In this document: positions 39,601 through 52,263 of the stretch, piece by piece | How the letters are laid out: each line of letters begins with the position of its first letter | Position numbering within the stretch: position 1 is the first letter of the stretch | Origin: Basidiobolus meristosporus CBS 931.73 | Lineage: Eukaryota > Fungi > Basidiobolomycota | DNA length: 64,000 bases | NCBI GenBank assembly: GCA_002104905.1 | Contig: MCFE01000427.1 | Span: forward strand, 13,098-77,097 | Reading direction: 5' to 3' | Made by a program: the position numbers and the translations under genes | Notes under the pieces: model-generated | Database searches by the model: none | What the model was told of the DNA's origin: nothing | The model's input: only the letters and a program-made list of their open reading frames with translations

Positions 39601-41305
39601 ACAAAAGGACTTGACTATACTGAGACCTTTGCACCGGTAGCCAAGTTTAATTCCATCAGATTAATATTGGCTATTGCAGCCAAATATAAGTTTTTTATTC
39701 ATCAAATGGATGTAAAAACTGCATTTTTGAATGGAGAACTTGATGAGGACGTGTATATGGACCAGCCTGATGGGTTTGTTGACCAAGATAACCCCCATTT
39801 GGTCTGCAAGCTTAAAAAGTCACTATATGGTCTCAAACAATCACCGAGAGCCTGGAATTGCAAGATAGATTCTTATTTGGAATCTTTGAGTTTCAAAAGG
39901 AGTAATGCTGACTATAGTATATACTATAAGCCAGATAGAGCAAATCCAGTTCTATTAGCTCTATATGTGGATGATCTTATTATAGCCGCCAATAACCTAG
40001 AAACATTGGAAGAGACTAAATCCAGCCTATCTAAGGAGTTCAAGATGTCCGATCTAGGAGAACTTAGTTACTACTTAGGGATTAAGTTCTCCATAGACAG
40101 AAGTACCCAGACTAGTACCCTAAGTCAATCCAAGTATATTCAAGATATACTAAAGAAGTACAAAATGGAAGACTGTAAACCGGCAGCTACCCCAATGGAG
40201 ACAAACCTTAACTTGGTCAAAACTCAACCAAATCAAGAGAGCTTGGTGCCATCTGAAAGCCCTGACTTTCCTTATCAATCTATGGTCGGCAGTCTGATGT
40301 ATATCATGCTTGGAACATGTCCAGATATCTCATATTCAGTGGGAGTAGTCAGCCAACATAATCAGAATTATGGATCTGATCATATTGCAGCAGTTAAGCG
40401 GATTTTTAGATACCTAAAAGGAACTGCTGATATCTGCTTAAGATACACTTATAAGGATTCAGAACAGGATCTTGTGGGATACTCTGATGCTGATTGGGGA
40501 CGAAATTTGGAAGACAGAAGATCTACCACAGGATACACCTTTCTTTCACTGTAAAGGAGCCATTTCATGGAATTCAAGAAAGCAACCAACCGTAGCACTT
40601 TCCACCACAGAGGCAGAGTATATGGCAGCCTGTGAAGCTACAAAAGAAGCAATGTGGTTAAGAAAGCTCTTTACAGATTTAGGCCTATGTCAAAAAACGC
40701 CTATTACTTTATTTCAAGATAATCAAGGATGTATACAATTAGGTAGAAATCCAACTTTTCATGCTAGAACCAAGCACATAGATATTAGACATCATTTCAT
40801 ACGTGAAGCTATAGAGAATAACTTAGTTAGCTTAGTTTACTGTCCTACAGATGAAATGATTGCAGACATATTTACCAAACCATTAGCTAGAGACAAGTTT
40901 GAATATTTTAGGTCAAAATTAGGACTAGTCAGTATGAACATTTAGCTGAGTGGGAGTGTTGTAAAAATTTGTATTTCCACCTAAATATTCACCTAACTTA
41001 GTCACTTAGATCATCACCTTCAAATCCTAGAGAATACTGACCAAATTCCTTGTCGGGATTTACTTAGAATATTTTCACCAAAATACCAGGTACCCAGAAC
41101 ATGAAAATTCTCAAAGTTGTCCAAACAGCCCCAAACTTTGCACACATGTTCTTGGGACCTTCCTTAACCTATTCTACGTGTTTGTAATGCCAAGACCATG
41201 TAAAAGTATAAATACTACTTTTACATTCAATAAATCATTAAGTGAAAACCACATAATCTACTTGTTCTCCCAATCACTTCCAATATCTCCAAGACTCTTA
41301 CAACA
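36637..41305 (+). mobile_element. Near full-length Ty1/copia LTR retrotransposon (5' LTR 36637-36968, 3' LTR 40957-41305)
   Basis: TG..CA LTRs, TSD ATAAT both sides, PBS GGTTATGAGCCC like Drosophila copia, PPT GAGTGGGAG, gag-PR-IN-RT-RH order. Confidence 0.97.
36973..40945 (+). CDS. Copia gag-pol polyprotein with one frameshift near 40545 in RNase H
   Basis: CNYCKRKGHTSDRC knuckle, WYIDSGAS, WHRRFGH, HSDLCGP, RSDNGGE, QMDVKTAFLNG, YVDD, SDADWG. Frame changes at GYTFL/HCKGAISW. Confidence 0.92.
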
Positions 41306-41432
41306 ATAATTACACTTAGTTATTTCATTAGCTTGTTGCCTAGACTATTTGATATGAGTCTTAGAATACCCTATACAAATTATTTATCAATAATTACTTG
41401 CAATATTGCTCACGCAATAAGCAGATATTTAG

Positions 41433-42112
41433 TGTTGTAAGAGTTTTGGAGATATTGTAAGTGACTGGGAGATAAAGAAAACTATGTTGCCTTAACTTAA
41501 TGATTTATTGAAAGCAAAAGTAATATTTGTACTTCTACATGGTCTGGAAAAAACCATTCCAAATATGCTCAGGAAGGTTGCAAGGTCAGGTTGTTGTAAG
41601 AGTCTTGGAGATATTGGAAGTGATTTGGAGAGCAAGTAGATTAGGTGGTTTTCACTTAATGATTTATTGAATGTAAAAGTAGTATTTATACTTTTACCTG
41701 GTCTTGGCATTACAAACACGTAGAATAGGTTAAGGAAGGTCCCAAGAACATGTGTGCAAAGTTTGGGGCTGTTTGGACAACTTATCAAATTTTCATGTTC
41801 TGGGTAAATATTCTAAGTAAATCCCGACAAGGAATTTGGTCAGTATTCTCTAGGATTTGAAGGTGATGATCTAAGTGACTAAGTTAGGTGAATATTTAGG
41901 TGGAAATACAAATTTCTACAACACAGGTGTGCTAAGTTTGGGGCCGCTTGAGCAACTTTGAAACCTTCATGTTTTGGGTACTTGGTGTTTTGGTGAGAAT
42001 ATTCCAAGTAAATCCCAAAAGAAACTGGGGTAGAATTCTTTAAGGCTTGTAGAAGATGATTCAAGTGACTAAGTTAGGTACGTATTTAGGTGTAGCTATA
42101 AAATCCACAACA
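41433..42112 (-). mobile_element. Older diverged LTR of the copia-related family, interrupted by the solo LTR at 41592
   Basis: TGTTGTAAGAG at 41433 and CACAACA at 42112; both halves are similar to the 332-bp LTR. Confidence 0.65.
41592..41923 (-). mobile_element. Solo LTR (332 bp), copia family
   Basis: Reverse complement of 36637-36968; TSD CAGGT on both sides. Confidence 0.92.
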
Positions 42113-43291
42113 CAAAGGGTGAGGGATGATGGACAAGCTTTCAAATCATGATAGCATTAAGGCCTTTACTCATTTCAAGAATATGCTGAATATAGAGAAC
42201 ACAAAGCACTTGCTTTTAGCACTTGTATCTGTCAATATAGCAGTAGCACTTGCTCCATTCAGAAATGCAAAGTCTTTCCTTAACAATTCTGCTACTACAC
42301 TATTAATTTTTTAATCAGCACCACCTTGCTAAGAGCTTGGATTCAAGTATTGCTCCCATATTTAATAATGAAGGCATTAGGGAAGGGTATACTAATACAA
42401 GACACTGTTGCTAGATATCAGTAGATGCAACATTTTCACGCATATGTTGTATCCTAGACATTAAATGGACAAGCATAGATCAACACTCGGACTACCTTGA
42501 TACTCTGATCCTATACATTTCACAATTTCATTTATAAGTATGCAGCAATTTTGTAGATTGCAAATACACTACATGGGGCACTGGCATTTGATTTCATCTA
42601 ATAAAAAAGTGCTTTCTCGGTATATTCACCAGAGTGCTCTTAACTGAGCTTCAGCTAGAAACATAGTATCAGAATCACTTATTCCTCAGAGATGTGGAAA
42701 ACCTCAGTCTGTAATCTCAAATAATCGATAGTAGATTCCTAACAGCGAGTAAACAGGGTTAGGGTTAAATGCTCACTAAATCCCATGATATCGAGTATAA
42801 AGCTAGTTGCGTGCGCCAATACATTCTTCTTGAGATCATACAATCCAGCACCCGATATATTCAATCAGCAAACATTATTGCCAAAGACTCATTTAAATTG
42901 ATTTCAATAGGCGCAAAAGGTAGAGAAGAGCTAGGGAAAACAAGAGCCCGAATGACAATATCTTATTATACCATGGGAGTGGTGTTATCCACGCTATGCA
43001 AGTGAAAAGTGAACGCCGAAGAATAATGGCCAGCAATAATCGATTCCAATAGCACAGTTCAGAGGGATACAATATTTCGGGTCAAAAGCCTGATCCTTAC
43101 AAATGTTTGCCACCAAAGCTACATGAAGGTCAGTTAGCTAATGCTTTTATTGTGCCATTACATTAAAGAGTGTAAAACACTACACATACATACCAAGAAT
43201 TAGGCAGATAAACAGTGTGTTTCACAAGGTGTGTTTCACAAGGAATGCTTGTAGTATCCACTTGAAGGGTCCACTTGGCTCTGAAGAATAT

Positions 43292-44392
43292 CTACGCTTC
43301 AGGTTGATCACGAGTTGCGCAATGAATGCCTCCACCACCTGCTGCAATGTAGTCGATGTTCAAGGGAACAATTTGTCGACCAGGGAATACACCTCGAAGA
43401 ACATTCTGCGCCGCCCTATCCGCCTCTGCATCCCCAAACTCCGGCATGATAATGGCTCCATTAGCAATGTAGAAGTTAGCATAGGAGCCTAGGAACGAGT
43501 CCCCGAACACCTCCAGGGACACTTCATCTGTGGCTCCTTCGGCGGGCATCCCCCTGATTTTCTCGTAATCTGGCTCAGGCAGTTGTATGATCTTTAGTCG
43601 GTTCCCCTTTGCATCGGTAGCTTGAGTCAAGACTTGCATGGCTTGACGATATTGCTCGGCCCAGATGGCAGAGTCAGGGTCATTCTTTCTGGCTGGCCCT
43701 GGACGACTCACTACCACAACACCCGGTGCAACAAACCGAGCCAAGGTGTCCACATGCGAGTCGGTAATATCCTTCCCTTTGACTCCCTTGAGCCAGATGA
43801 CCTTCTGGATGCCAAGCTCAGACTTGAGCTCCGTTTCGATCTCCTTACGACCCATCCCAGGATTGCGGTTGCTGTTCACGATGCTGCTCTCTGTCACTAG
43901 TAGCGTCCCCTGGCCATCGGTCTCAATGGCCCCTCCTTCGGCAACAAGAATAGATCGGAGTCGAGGGATTTTGTAGTGAGCGAGATAGTTACGTGATGCA
44001 CTCCCATCATTCTTGCGGTACCTGGATGGGATTTTCATTCCCCAGCCATTGAAGTTGTAATCAACGCCAATCGTCTCCTTTCCCTTGGTAAGAAACAGAG
44101 GCGCAGTGTCCCGAGTCCAAAAATCATCCACAGCAATGGGGATCACCTCTACCTTGTCTCCCAAAGCCTTTTTAGCGTGGTGGATCTGATCAGGTGAGAC
44201 TAGAACTTGGACTGGCTCGAAACGGGAGATGGCTTGCGCTAGCTGAGCAATGTTTCTTTGAGCGCCAGTAAGTAGATTTCGCCAGATGTATGTCGACGCA
44301 GGCCAAGCCATGATGGTACGCTTGTGCGGCTCCCATTCGGGGGCAATGCGGTAGCCAGTAGGCGCTTTGGTTAGGGGCTTGTTCTTGCACAT
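43292..44392 (-). CDS. Agmatine deiminase / PAD_porph family amidinohydrolase (366 aa, intronless)
   Basis: EWEPH, DDFWTRDTAP, FNGWG, EGGAIETDGQGT, TDSHVD, SYANFY, GGGGIHCAT (catalytic Cys). ATG at 44392 with TATATATA about 40 nt upstream. Confidence 0.92.
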   Translation of the reverse strand: MCKNKPLTKAPTGYRIAPEWEPHKRTIMAWPASTYIWRNLLTGAQRNIAQLAQAISRFEPVQVLVSPDQIHHAKKALGDKVEVIPIAVDDFWTRDTAPLFLTKGKETIGVDYNFNGWGMKIPSRYRKNDGSASRNYLAHYKIPRLRSILVAEGGAIETDGQGTLLVTESSIVNSNRNPGMGRKEIETELKSELGIQKVIWLKGVKGKDITDSHVDTLARFVAPGVVVVSRPGPARKNDPDSAIWAEQYRQAMQVLTQATDAKGNRLKIIQLPEPDYEKIRGMPAEGATDEVSLEVFGDSFLGSYANFYIANGAIIMPEFGDAEADRAAQNVLRGVFPGRQIVPLNIDYIAAGGGGIHCATRDQPEA

Positions 44393-45874
44393 ACTTTTGG
44401 ATATGAGGAAGTGGGAGATGGAAAGTAGTATATATACATACCAGGATCGGAGGGATTTCCATATTTGGGGTTTATCCACCGCCAAGCCTCTAATAGATCA
44501 ACTGGTCAACAATTCGTACAAGAACCTTTACATGAATTTTACCCACTGTACACAAATGAAGTTCATTGGCTCACGTAATTGCTATATTTGGCTTATTTCC
44601 CAACGCTTATGACATGCAGCATTGGTGATCATAGAAGAGACTATGAGTGGGCCATAATTGGCTATCCACAAACTGGGCGGGTTTTCTTGAAGGCACTTCC
44701 AAATTTAGCTAGCAAATGATTATAGATGGAAGGTGTTGAGATGCTACCAGTTGTAGAGAGACCCTGCCAGGATCCAAGTTTCTTTTATTGGTGAAGAATG
44801 GCCAAAGTTCAATGGCAAGTTCAAGGACCCAATCAATACTAGCTTATATCGTGGAAGATTGCTCAGTAACCCTAACAAACCCTTCACGCATTCATCATCC
44901 CATGCTTACTTCAAGACTCCAAATTTAACAAAATCAATTGCTATCCACCTCTGCCAGAATATTTGAGGTGTTGTGATTTGTAATCCGAGCTTGGTGATAA
45001 TCAATGTTTTACTAATTTTTGTGAACGGAGATATGGCTGATCAAGCAGAGAAGTGATATCTAAATAAATGATCTAAAGGTTAGTTGACTTTTAGTTTCAT
45101 AGTCGGTCCAATGATTGAATGGTAGGCATATTTCATTAACTTAGTCACATGGATAATAGTCTACAAGTCTTGGAATATCTTACCCAAAATCTTTGTTAGT
45201 ACTGGCTTTGGAATATCAGGCACTCATAACATCAAAAATCTCAATGTTGTCTAAAAACCTCCAAACTTTGCACATATGCACTTAAGACAAAATAATAATT
45301 TTCACCACTTTACTATTTAATAAATCATCAAGTGTGGACCAGAAAATCTGCTTGTTCTCCCAATCCCTTTGAATATTCTAAGAACTCTTACAGTTGACCA
45401 ACAATCAGTTGCCTTAGCCTTTATGCTAAATGTTATCCTACCAATGCTGCAGGCATGATAGGTTTGATAAGCTTACAGCCAAGAATAGTCTGAGCTAAGT
45501 ATTACTATGCTTTAGTGGGAGATGATCTACTGGACTAATTGGTATATACAAGTGTCATTGGTGAGCCTTTGCACATCTGTATGATATATTGCAAGACTTG
45601 AGGGAGTATTGAAAGTGATTTAGAAAACTACAACTGCATGATATTCACCTGTTATTTTATTAGGCTCAAATAATATATTTATACTTCTAGAGGAACTTTG
45701 TAAAATGATAAGAGTATTTTGAGGAAGGTTCCAGGACACTATATGCAAAGTGCGGGGCTTCTGTACAGACTTAAAGATATAAATGACTCTCAGACCTTCA
45801 CTAACAATAAGAATTAGCAAAGTTCTTACAAACTAAATCCTAAGGGATTTGCAACTTAGCAATAAGCCAAGTGG

Positions 45875-46571
45875 TGTTGTGCATCAACATTTAAAACTTA
45901 GCCAATTTTACTCTGTTAGAAAATCTAGTACCCCAACTGATTTTCCCTAACCCAAACATAACTAATCCCAGTTATGGCTTGTTTTATCTCATCTTGGAAT
46001 ATATGTTAGCTGTCACACCTGATCAGTTCTCATGTGGCCATTACATTGACCACTTATTTGCCAAGCCTTCTGAGGTAATTAGTCATCTGAGATCTATCCA
46101 ACAACTTAGCAGTTGTCAAGAAATCAGCTGATTAATGATGGAACTTTCCTTTATCTTATACACCTATCAATATTCACACAGATTTCAATTAGTCCAGTCT
46201 ATTGACACTTACTAATTCAACTTGATCAAAAAAGTATAAATAAAGCTTACTGGACCTTTGGTTTAGTGTGAGTTTCATCAAAATTAAGATTGTGTCTTAG
46301 CAAAATTAGGAATTCAAAAACAGCATTCTAATTTCTACCCAAGTCTAGCATACCTAGCACACCCAAGAACACCAAGCCTAGCCTGCATAGAAAACCAACT
46401 CTATTGCCTTTATAGCCAAACCCAGCTCTATACAATACCAATATTAGACTAGTACCTCTCTGCTAATATTTCTGCCACTCTCTGACAATTCTAAGATTTT
46501 GCACTTTGTTGTCACTTAGGTTCAGTTAGACCATTCAAGAGTTTTATTACACTTTTCTCTTGGGTACAACA
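45875..46571 (+). mobile_element. Solo LTR, 697-bp family
   Basis: TGTTGTGCATC...TACAACA; near-TSD AGTGG/GGTGG; homologous to 47574-48270. Confidence 0.85.
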
Positions 46572-46927
46572 GGTGGAATCATATGCTATATGAGAGGTTT
46601 AGGTGTAAGCATTACAGCATGATTATTGTAGGCCTGTCTTGCAAATTTATGGACTTCAGAGCTACTTGTGATACAATACCCAATACATATAGCCAAATTA
46701 TGTTGGAGTTGGCATATTCAACATCACTCATAAAGTTATCTGAGCTGCAAACAGGGCAGTAGCTTGTATACAACCAATGATGCTATGGGATCAGTTTAGT
46801 GAGGCTCTGTAGTCAACTAGAGTCACTGAGTCATTATTGTTGTAAATCAGATTTTGCATCAGATTTTGCAGCATTTATACATGAGATACCACTTTGTTTC
46901 ATGTAAGTTACTAATGCCGGCTTAAAC

Positions 46928-47280
46928 TGTTGTAAACATCTGTAAATCCACATAAATAATCATCTAGCTTAGTTACTTACATCAATACTTGGAAATTTTA
47001 CAGAATACTAACCAAATTCCTTGTTGGAATTTACTTGGAATATTTACAACAAAAATATCAGGTACCCAAAACATGAAAATTCTCAAAGTTATCAAAGTAG
47101 CCCAAGGCTTTACACACATGTTCTTGGGATCTTCCTATATATACTCTGTAGGTTTGTTTTGCCAAGATTGTGTCATAGTACAAAACTATGCTTACATTGA
47201 ATATATCATGAAGTGAAAACCACATTATCTACTTGTTCTCCCAATCACTACCAATATCTCCACAAATGTTACCACATAAA
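46928..47280 (+). mobile_element. Diverged copy of copia-related LTR
   Basis: Similarity to the 332/349-bp LTRs (CCAAATTCCTTG, ACATGAAAATTCTCAAAG, TCTACTTGTTCTCCCAATCAC). Boundaries approximate. Confidence 0.6.
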
Positions 47281-47573
47281 CATCAATCACTATTGTGTCA
47301 AGAAGCTGCATTGAGATAATAATAGCAGTATTGCAAGCAGTAAGCAAATACTTAGATCTCTCTCTATTACTTCAATTTTCACTCCATCTTGATTTGTATG
47401 CATATGATGGCAGCTGTAATACCTTCATACAACAGTATGGTATCTACAACATCACCAGCTAAATGCCATCAAACTTTCACAATAAATGGGAGTATTATTG
47501 CATTCACCAGTACCATGACCTCATATGCCATTGTAATACTACTTGAGTCATAGTATATTTTGAATGAACCCCC

Positions 47574-48270
47574 TGTTGTGCATCAACATTTAAAACTTAG
47601 CCAATTTTACTCTGTTTGAAAATCTAGTACCCTAACTGATTTTCCCTAACCCAAACATAACAAATCCCAGTTACAGTTGATTTTATCCCACCTCAGAATC
47701 TATTTTTAGCTATCACACCTGATCTATTTTCAAATGGTCATTACGTTATCAACCTATCTGCCAAGCCTTCCCAGGTGATTAGTCATCTGAGATCTATCCA
47801 ACCACTGTGCAATTGCCAAGACATCAGTTGATTGATGATGTAATTTTCATTTATCTTATGCACCTATGAACACCCAAATTGATTTCAATCAATCCAGTCC
47901 CTTGGCGCTTACTAATTCAACATGATCAGAAAAGTATATATAAAGTTTACTGAACCTTTTGGTTTAGTGTGTGTCTCAACAAAATTAAGATTCTGTCTCA
48001 GCAAAAATAAGAATCCAACAATTCCGTTCTGGTTTCTACCCAAGCCTAGTATATCTAGCACTCCAAAGAACACCAAGCCTAGCCTGCCTAGCAAACAAAT
48101 ATCATTGACTTTATAGCCAACCCAGCTATATCCAAGACCAATATTAGATCAGAATCTTTCTGCTAATATTTCCACCACTCTCTGACAATTCTAAGATTCT
48201 GCACTTAATTGTCCCTTTGGTTCAGTTAAACCATTCAAGAGTTTTATTACACTTTCTCTTGGATACAACA
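47574..48270 (+). mobile_element. Solo LTR, 697-bp family
   Basis: TGTTG...CAACA ends, TSD CCCCC on both sides. Confidence 0.88.
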
Positions 48271-49687
48271 CCCCCTGAATGCAACATTGTAAATGTTCAT
48301 CATGAGATTCAGACAATATGATGCGGATCTGATCCACCTGTATGATCAAGTTTATCCTAATGGGTATGATGGCCTAGTTAGGGTGCATGGTGAAATATTT
48401 AAAGTTGCATTAGAAGCTATATAGTGAGCCTGCAGGTTAACATGAATGATTAAGTAAATCAAAAGCCATGAAAAGCATTGATGGTTTTGAATACGTTAGT
48501 AAGGTCAATTAGTTTGCTGTTGAAAGACAACATGAACATGAAGCATAGGCGGATAATCCCGTCTCAGCTATGAGTTCATGGTTGCAACTAATATATAACA
48601 ATCCAATGCCAAAAAGATGTGGATTTCTAGCATAAATGTGAAGACCCTGCTACACACCAATTCTCATAGTAATCTTCTCATCAATGACATTCATCTAATC
48701 GGCCCATATCTAAGCACCCGGATGTTATGCTATGTATAGGCAAATGAGTAGTTCAACTTGTCAACCATTTCCAGCAACGATTTGCATCCAGTCGCAAATT
48801 AGAATCCGGAAATTATGAAACGGACATTTGTGAATCTGGATTAGAGCCAGCTTCCAATCAACCGAAGGCTCACTACGAGAGTTGGTCACCCGCCACTTTT
48901 CTCATAGCCTCTGATCCATCGGTCATTATGCTTTCTTCGCTCATGCCTGGAAGTGGAGTGTCCGTCCTATTCCACCACGTCACCGTATTGATGTTTGATC
49001 TGCAGTCAATGCTGTTCACTGCATTGGAAATTCCGTAATCTCAATTGGTTGGTGCACGTCTAATCCGGATACCCACGGTCAAGCAATTGGATATCGGGGT
49101 TAGGATTGCCAATAGTGCGGCACCGATATTGAAAAGTCCATGGTACACTCGTGAACGAGCAACAACCTCCTTGGCCTGCACGGCTCGTATGAAAATATCT
49201 GTAGCCAATTGACTTGCACTTCAAATCACGGCCTAAAGCAAGGAAGTATTGCCAGCTAGCGACCACGAGGTCAGTAGATCTTGGTGGTCTGAATCACAAT
49301 CTGTGAATTTGCTCTCTGGTCTTCATTTGCCTCGTGGCCTTCTCGGTGAACAGGGTTTTTGGTAAAGCACATGATTTCTTGGGATAGTAGAATTACAGGC
49401 ATCGCTTATCTAGACCGTTCTTACCATTGGAAGGGGTGCATGAGAGGGTTATTCATCCCTCTAATGACCGCATTCAAGACAGATGCAACACATCGCATAC
49501 ACAAATGAGATTTAACTAACCAGCTACATACATATCTATCCAAGAAACCCCGACCGCACTAGGATGGGCACAGTCGCCATCCTGATTGTGCTTATGATGC
49601 CGGCCAGCAGACTTGCCCTTCTCGTACTCTAACAGCACCTGCTTATCAATAGATACATGGAACTTGGGCTATGCAATCCCCTATGAC

Positions 49688-50335
49688 ATGACTCTCTCTG
49701 ACCTGCCCAACCTCCACAGCTCAAGCGACTACTATGCTCAGGCATTCAGCCTTTTCCGCCACTATTCCGACCAGAAGCAGAACGCCAAGCGATGGTACCT
49801 GAACAACCTCACGCCGTTGGCTCAAAAGTACTCTAGGCTTTCTGTCCTCTCCATCGGCTGCGGGAATGGCGACGTGGATGGCTATCTGATTCGCGAGATA
49901 TTCTTGACCAACTGTGCCCACACTGTTTACCATGGGGTTGAGCCAAGTAGAGCCCACCGATACGAATTTCTCGACAAGATGCGCTCGGCTAGCAGCAGCG
50001 TGACCGTCGGTTATGGGGAGAACACACCCTGCGGTATCAAAGTCGACTCGTGCGTGTCCGAGAGCATTGATATGCTACTGTTTGACACCGACTTTGAGAC
50101 GTTCGTTTCCTCTCAAGTGGCAGGCCCCACCAGATACGACATTATCATTGCTGGTCATTCTTTGTACTACTTGAAGCTCCTGGCCCCGGCGCTGGACTCC
50201 ATTTTCTACCGGCTTCTTGCACCGCGCGGCTGTCTCACCATTGTTCACGCCACTTCGGCTGATTTAAAGTGCGAGAGGCCTGTTTGCGGTTTTCTTAGTA
50301 TTATTCAACCAAGATTATCGGTATCCTATGTTTAG
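49688..50335 (+). pseudogene. 3'-truncated duplicate of HNMT-like methyltransferase
   Basis: Near-identical to 52264 onward for about 190 codons, then diverges abruptly after HATSADL. Confidence 0.8.
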
Positions 50336-50759
50336 GTTCATGTGTGGATATTGGGCGCTTTATGCAATGCGTTGGCTGTTTGAGCGGACGCTCAGAGTCA
50401 AACAGAAATAACATGAGGTAGGCTGTAGCTGATCGCCGGTGCCTTGGGCCCTGAATCAGGTTCCAGACAAATGACCAAATTATTCAGAACCAGCTTGGAC
50501 TCCGGGCATCTCGTCATTGCTCACCTTCGTGAATCATTTGCTACGATAGGTCTTAAACGGAGGCCAGTATGTTTGTTGCTAATGGAGGCACAGTCACTGT
50601 GATGCAGAAATGCTAAAATCGGCAGAGCGCATGTTTTTTGCTTTTTACCCTTCAGTGGCTCTCTGGCCCTGTGATTTTGAGCGTGTGCGTACCCAGGTGT
50701 CCCGGACTGTGCGGGCGAGGGGTTAGAGCGTAGGGCTCAACCTATATTATCTGCTGATC

Positions 50760-50960
50760 TCTGGTGGGGTCTTTTTACGGCGATACAGCGTCAGGTACCT
50801 CTGCTTCTCAAAGTAAATTCCTCAATGCACATATGGGTTCGAAATTACAGACTTCGTACCTAACTGGAAAATCTCACTGGGTAGCATCTATGCCAACAGG
50901 TATACTAATGAACCAATTGGTCCTTCAAGATTTGCACACAAACACGCAAAGACTGACCCC
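50760..50960 (+). pseudogene. Remnant of MpaB/DUF2236 gene 3' end
   Basis: Nucleotide similarity to 34290-34480 and 54860-55050 (GTCAGGTACCTCTGCTTC, AACTGG.AAATCTC, ATCTATGCCAA) with frameshifts. Confidence 0.75.
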
Positions 50961-52263
50961 CCAAGCATGCTTCGATGTAACAGGTTCCGCATCAGCAGTT
51001 ATCTGAAAGTGTGACATTGAGGATCGCCATTGTTTCATTCCCGGCTTCCAGGCTGACCCCTTCGATTGTGTCATAAATAGTCTTTCAGGCTTCATGTATG
51101 TTATTGAACTTGTTTCACTTCCGTCCACACATAGCCAAGGCAGTGATTATATATGTTATGCAACCAAATCCTTTAATATTTCATACGTGCCCATTTGTGA
51201 AATACACTCAAATTACTCCTTCAGCCCCATTCTCTTGCTTGCGCCATTCACGAATCTAGAATACTAATCACCATTTGCAGATTAGGCTGTGGCATCCGTC
51301 CGCTCCGTTTTGACTGACACACTGCCCAGTGCCAAGCAGATCATGGTCGGGGCTTGGAATATTTCTAATCTATAACGATCAAAAAACCAGAGTTGCGGGC
51401 ATAAAGAAAATTTCGAATTCCATGAAATAATCAATACATCCGAGGAAAGTTGCTAATGTGGCCAAAAATATGGGAATCGTGAAATCTGTTAACACCATGC
51501 GTGTGCAAATTAAGACCAATCCAGCGATTCATATTTCCAACTTGATATCGACCTGGAATTAGCGTTTGAAGTAAATTTGGATTGATATCAATTTTGTATA
51601 CTCAACACACTGACCCCCCCCACTCATGGCTGGTAATGGAGTATTAGTCCTATTCCATCATGCTACCATATTGGTGTTTGATCTACAGTCAATGCCGTTC
51701 GATGCATTGGAAAATCAGTAATCTCGATTGGTTGGTGTCTGTGTGTTGCGGTGATCCAGGGTCAAACGATTGGATATTGGAGTTGCAAATGGTGGGCACT
51801 GACGCTGAAAAGAAATTAGCATGCCCGTAGCATACCGTAACCCCTTGCAATCGTATCCGAAAAGTGCCTGGTGAATGCAAGCCACAACAGGTAGTCAGGT
51901 GGTAGATGGCAGTCCTGGACAAAAGCCATCGGTAAAAGCGCTGATATAGCCAATAGAGTCGAGCATTACTGGGGATGGTGGATTCATAAGCATCGCTGAT
52001 CCAAACCATTCCTGCTATTGAGGGGAGTGCTAGGTTGAAGAGGCTGCATATAAGGGTTTACTTTCGCTCCCATCGTCGCATTCAGGACAGATACAACACA
52101 TTCAATTGACTAGCTGCAAGCATATTTATCCAAGAAATCCTGATCGCTTCAGGATACTTTCAGCATAATCAGTGTGATCTCAACACCGGCTAGTATATTG
52201 CACATACTCGCAACATACTTTCGTATATTTAAATGACGCTCGAGTTGTGAAATACTCTTGAAC

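Noticed and set aside
31774-44392. Arginine-themed cluster (two tRNA-Arg genes plus agmatine deiminase)
   Set aside because: Separated by unrelated genes and transposons; no mechanism or shared regulation visible.
51689-52009. Possible LysM-like degenerate ORF upstream of the methyltransferase (paralog near 49060-49266)
   Set aside because: Similarity is impressionistic and the two copies do not keep a common frame; needs an HMM search.
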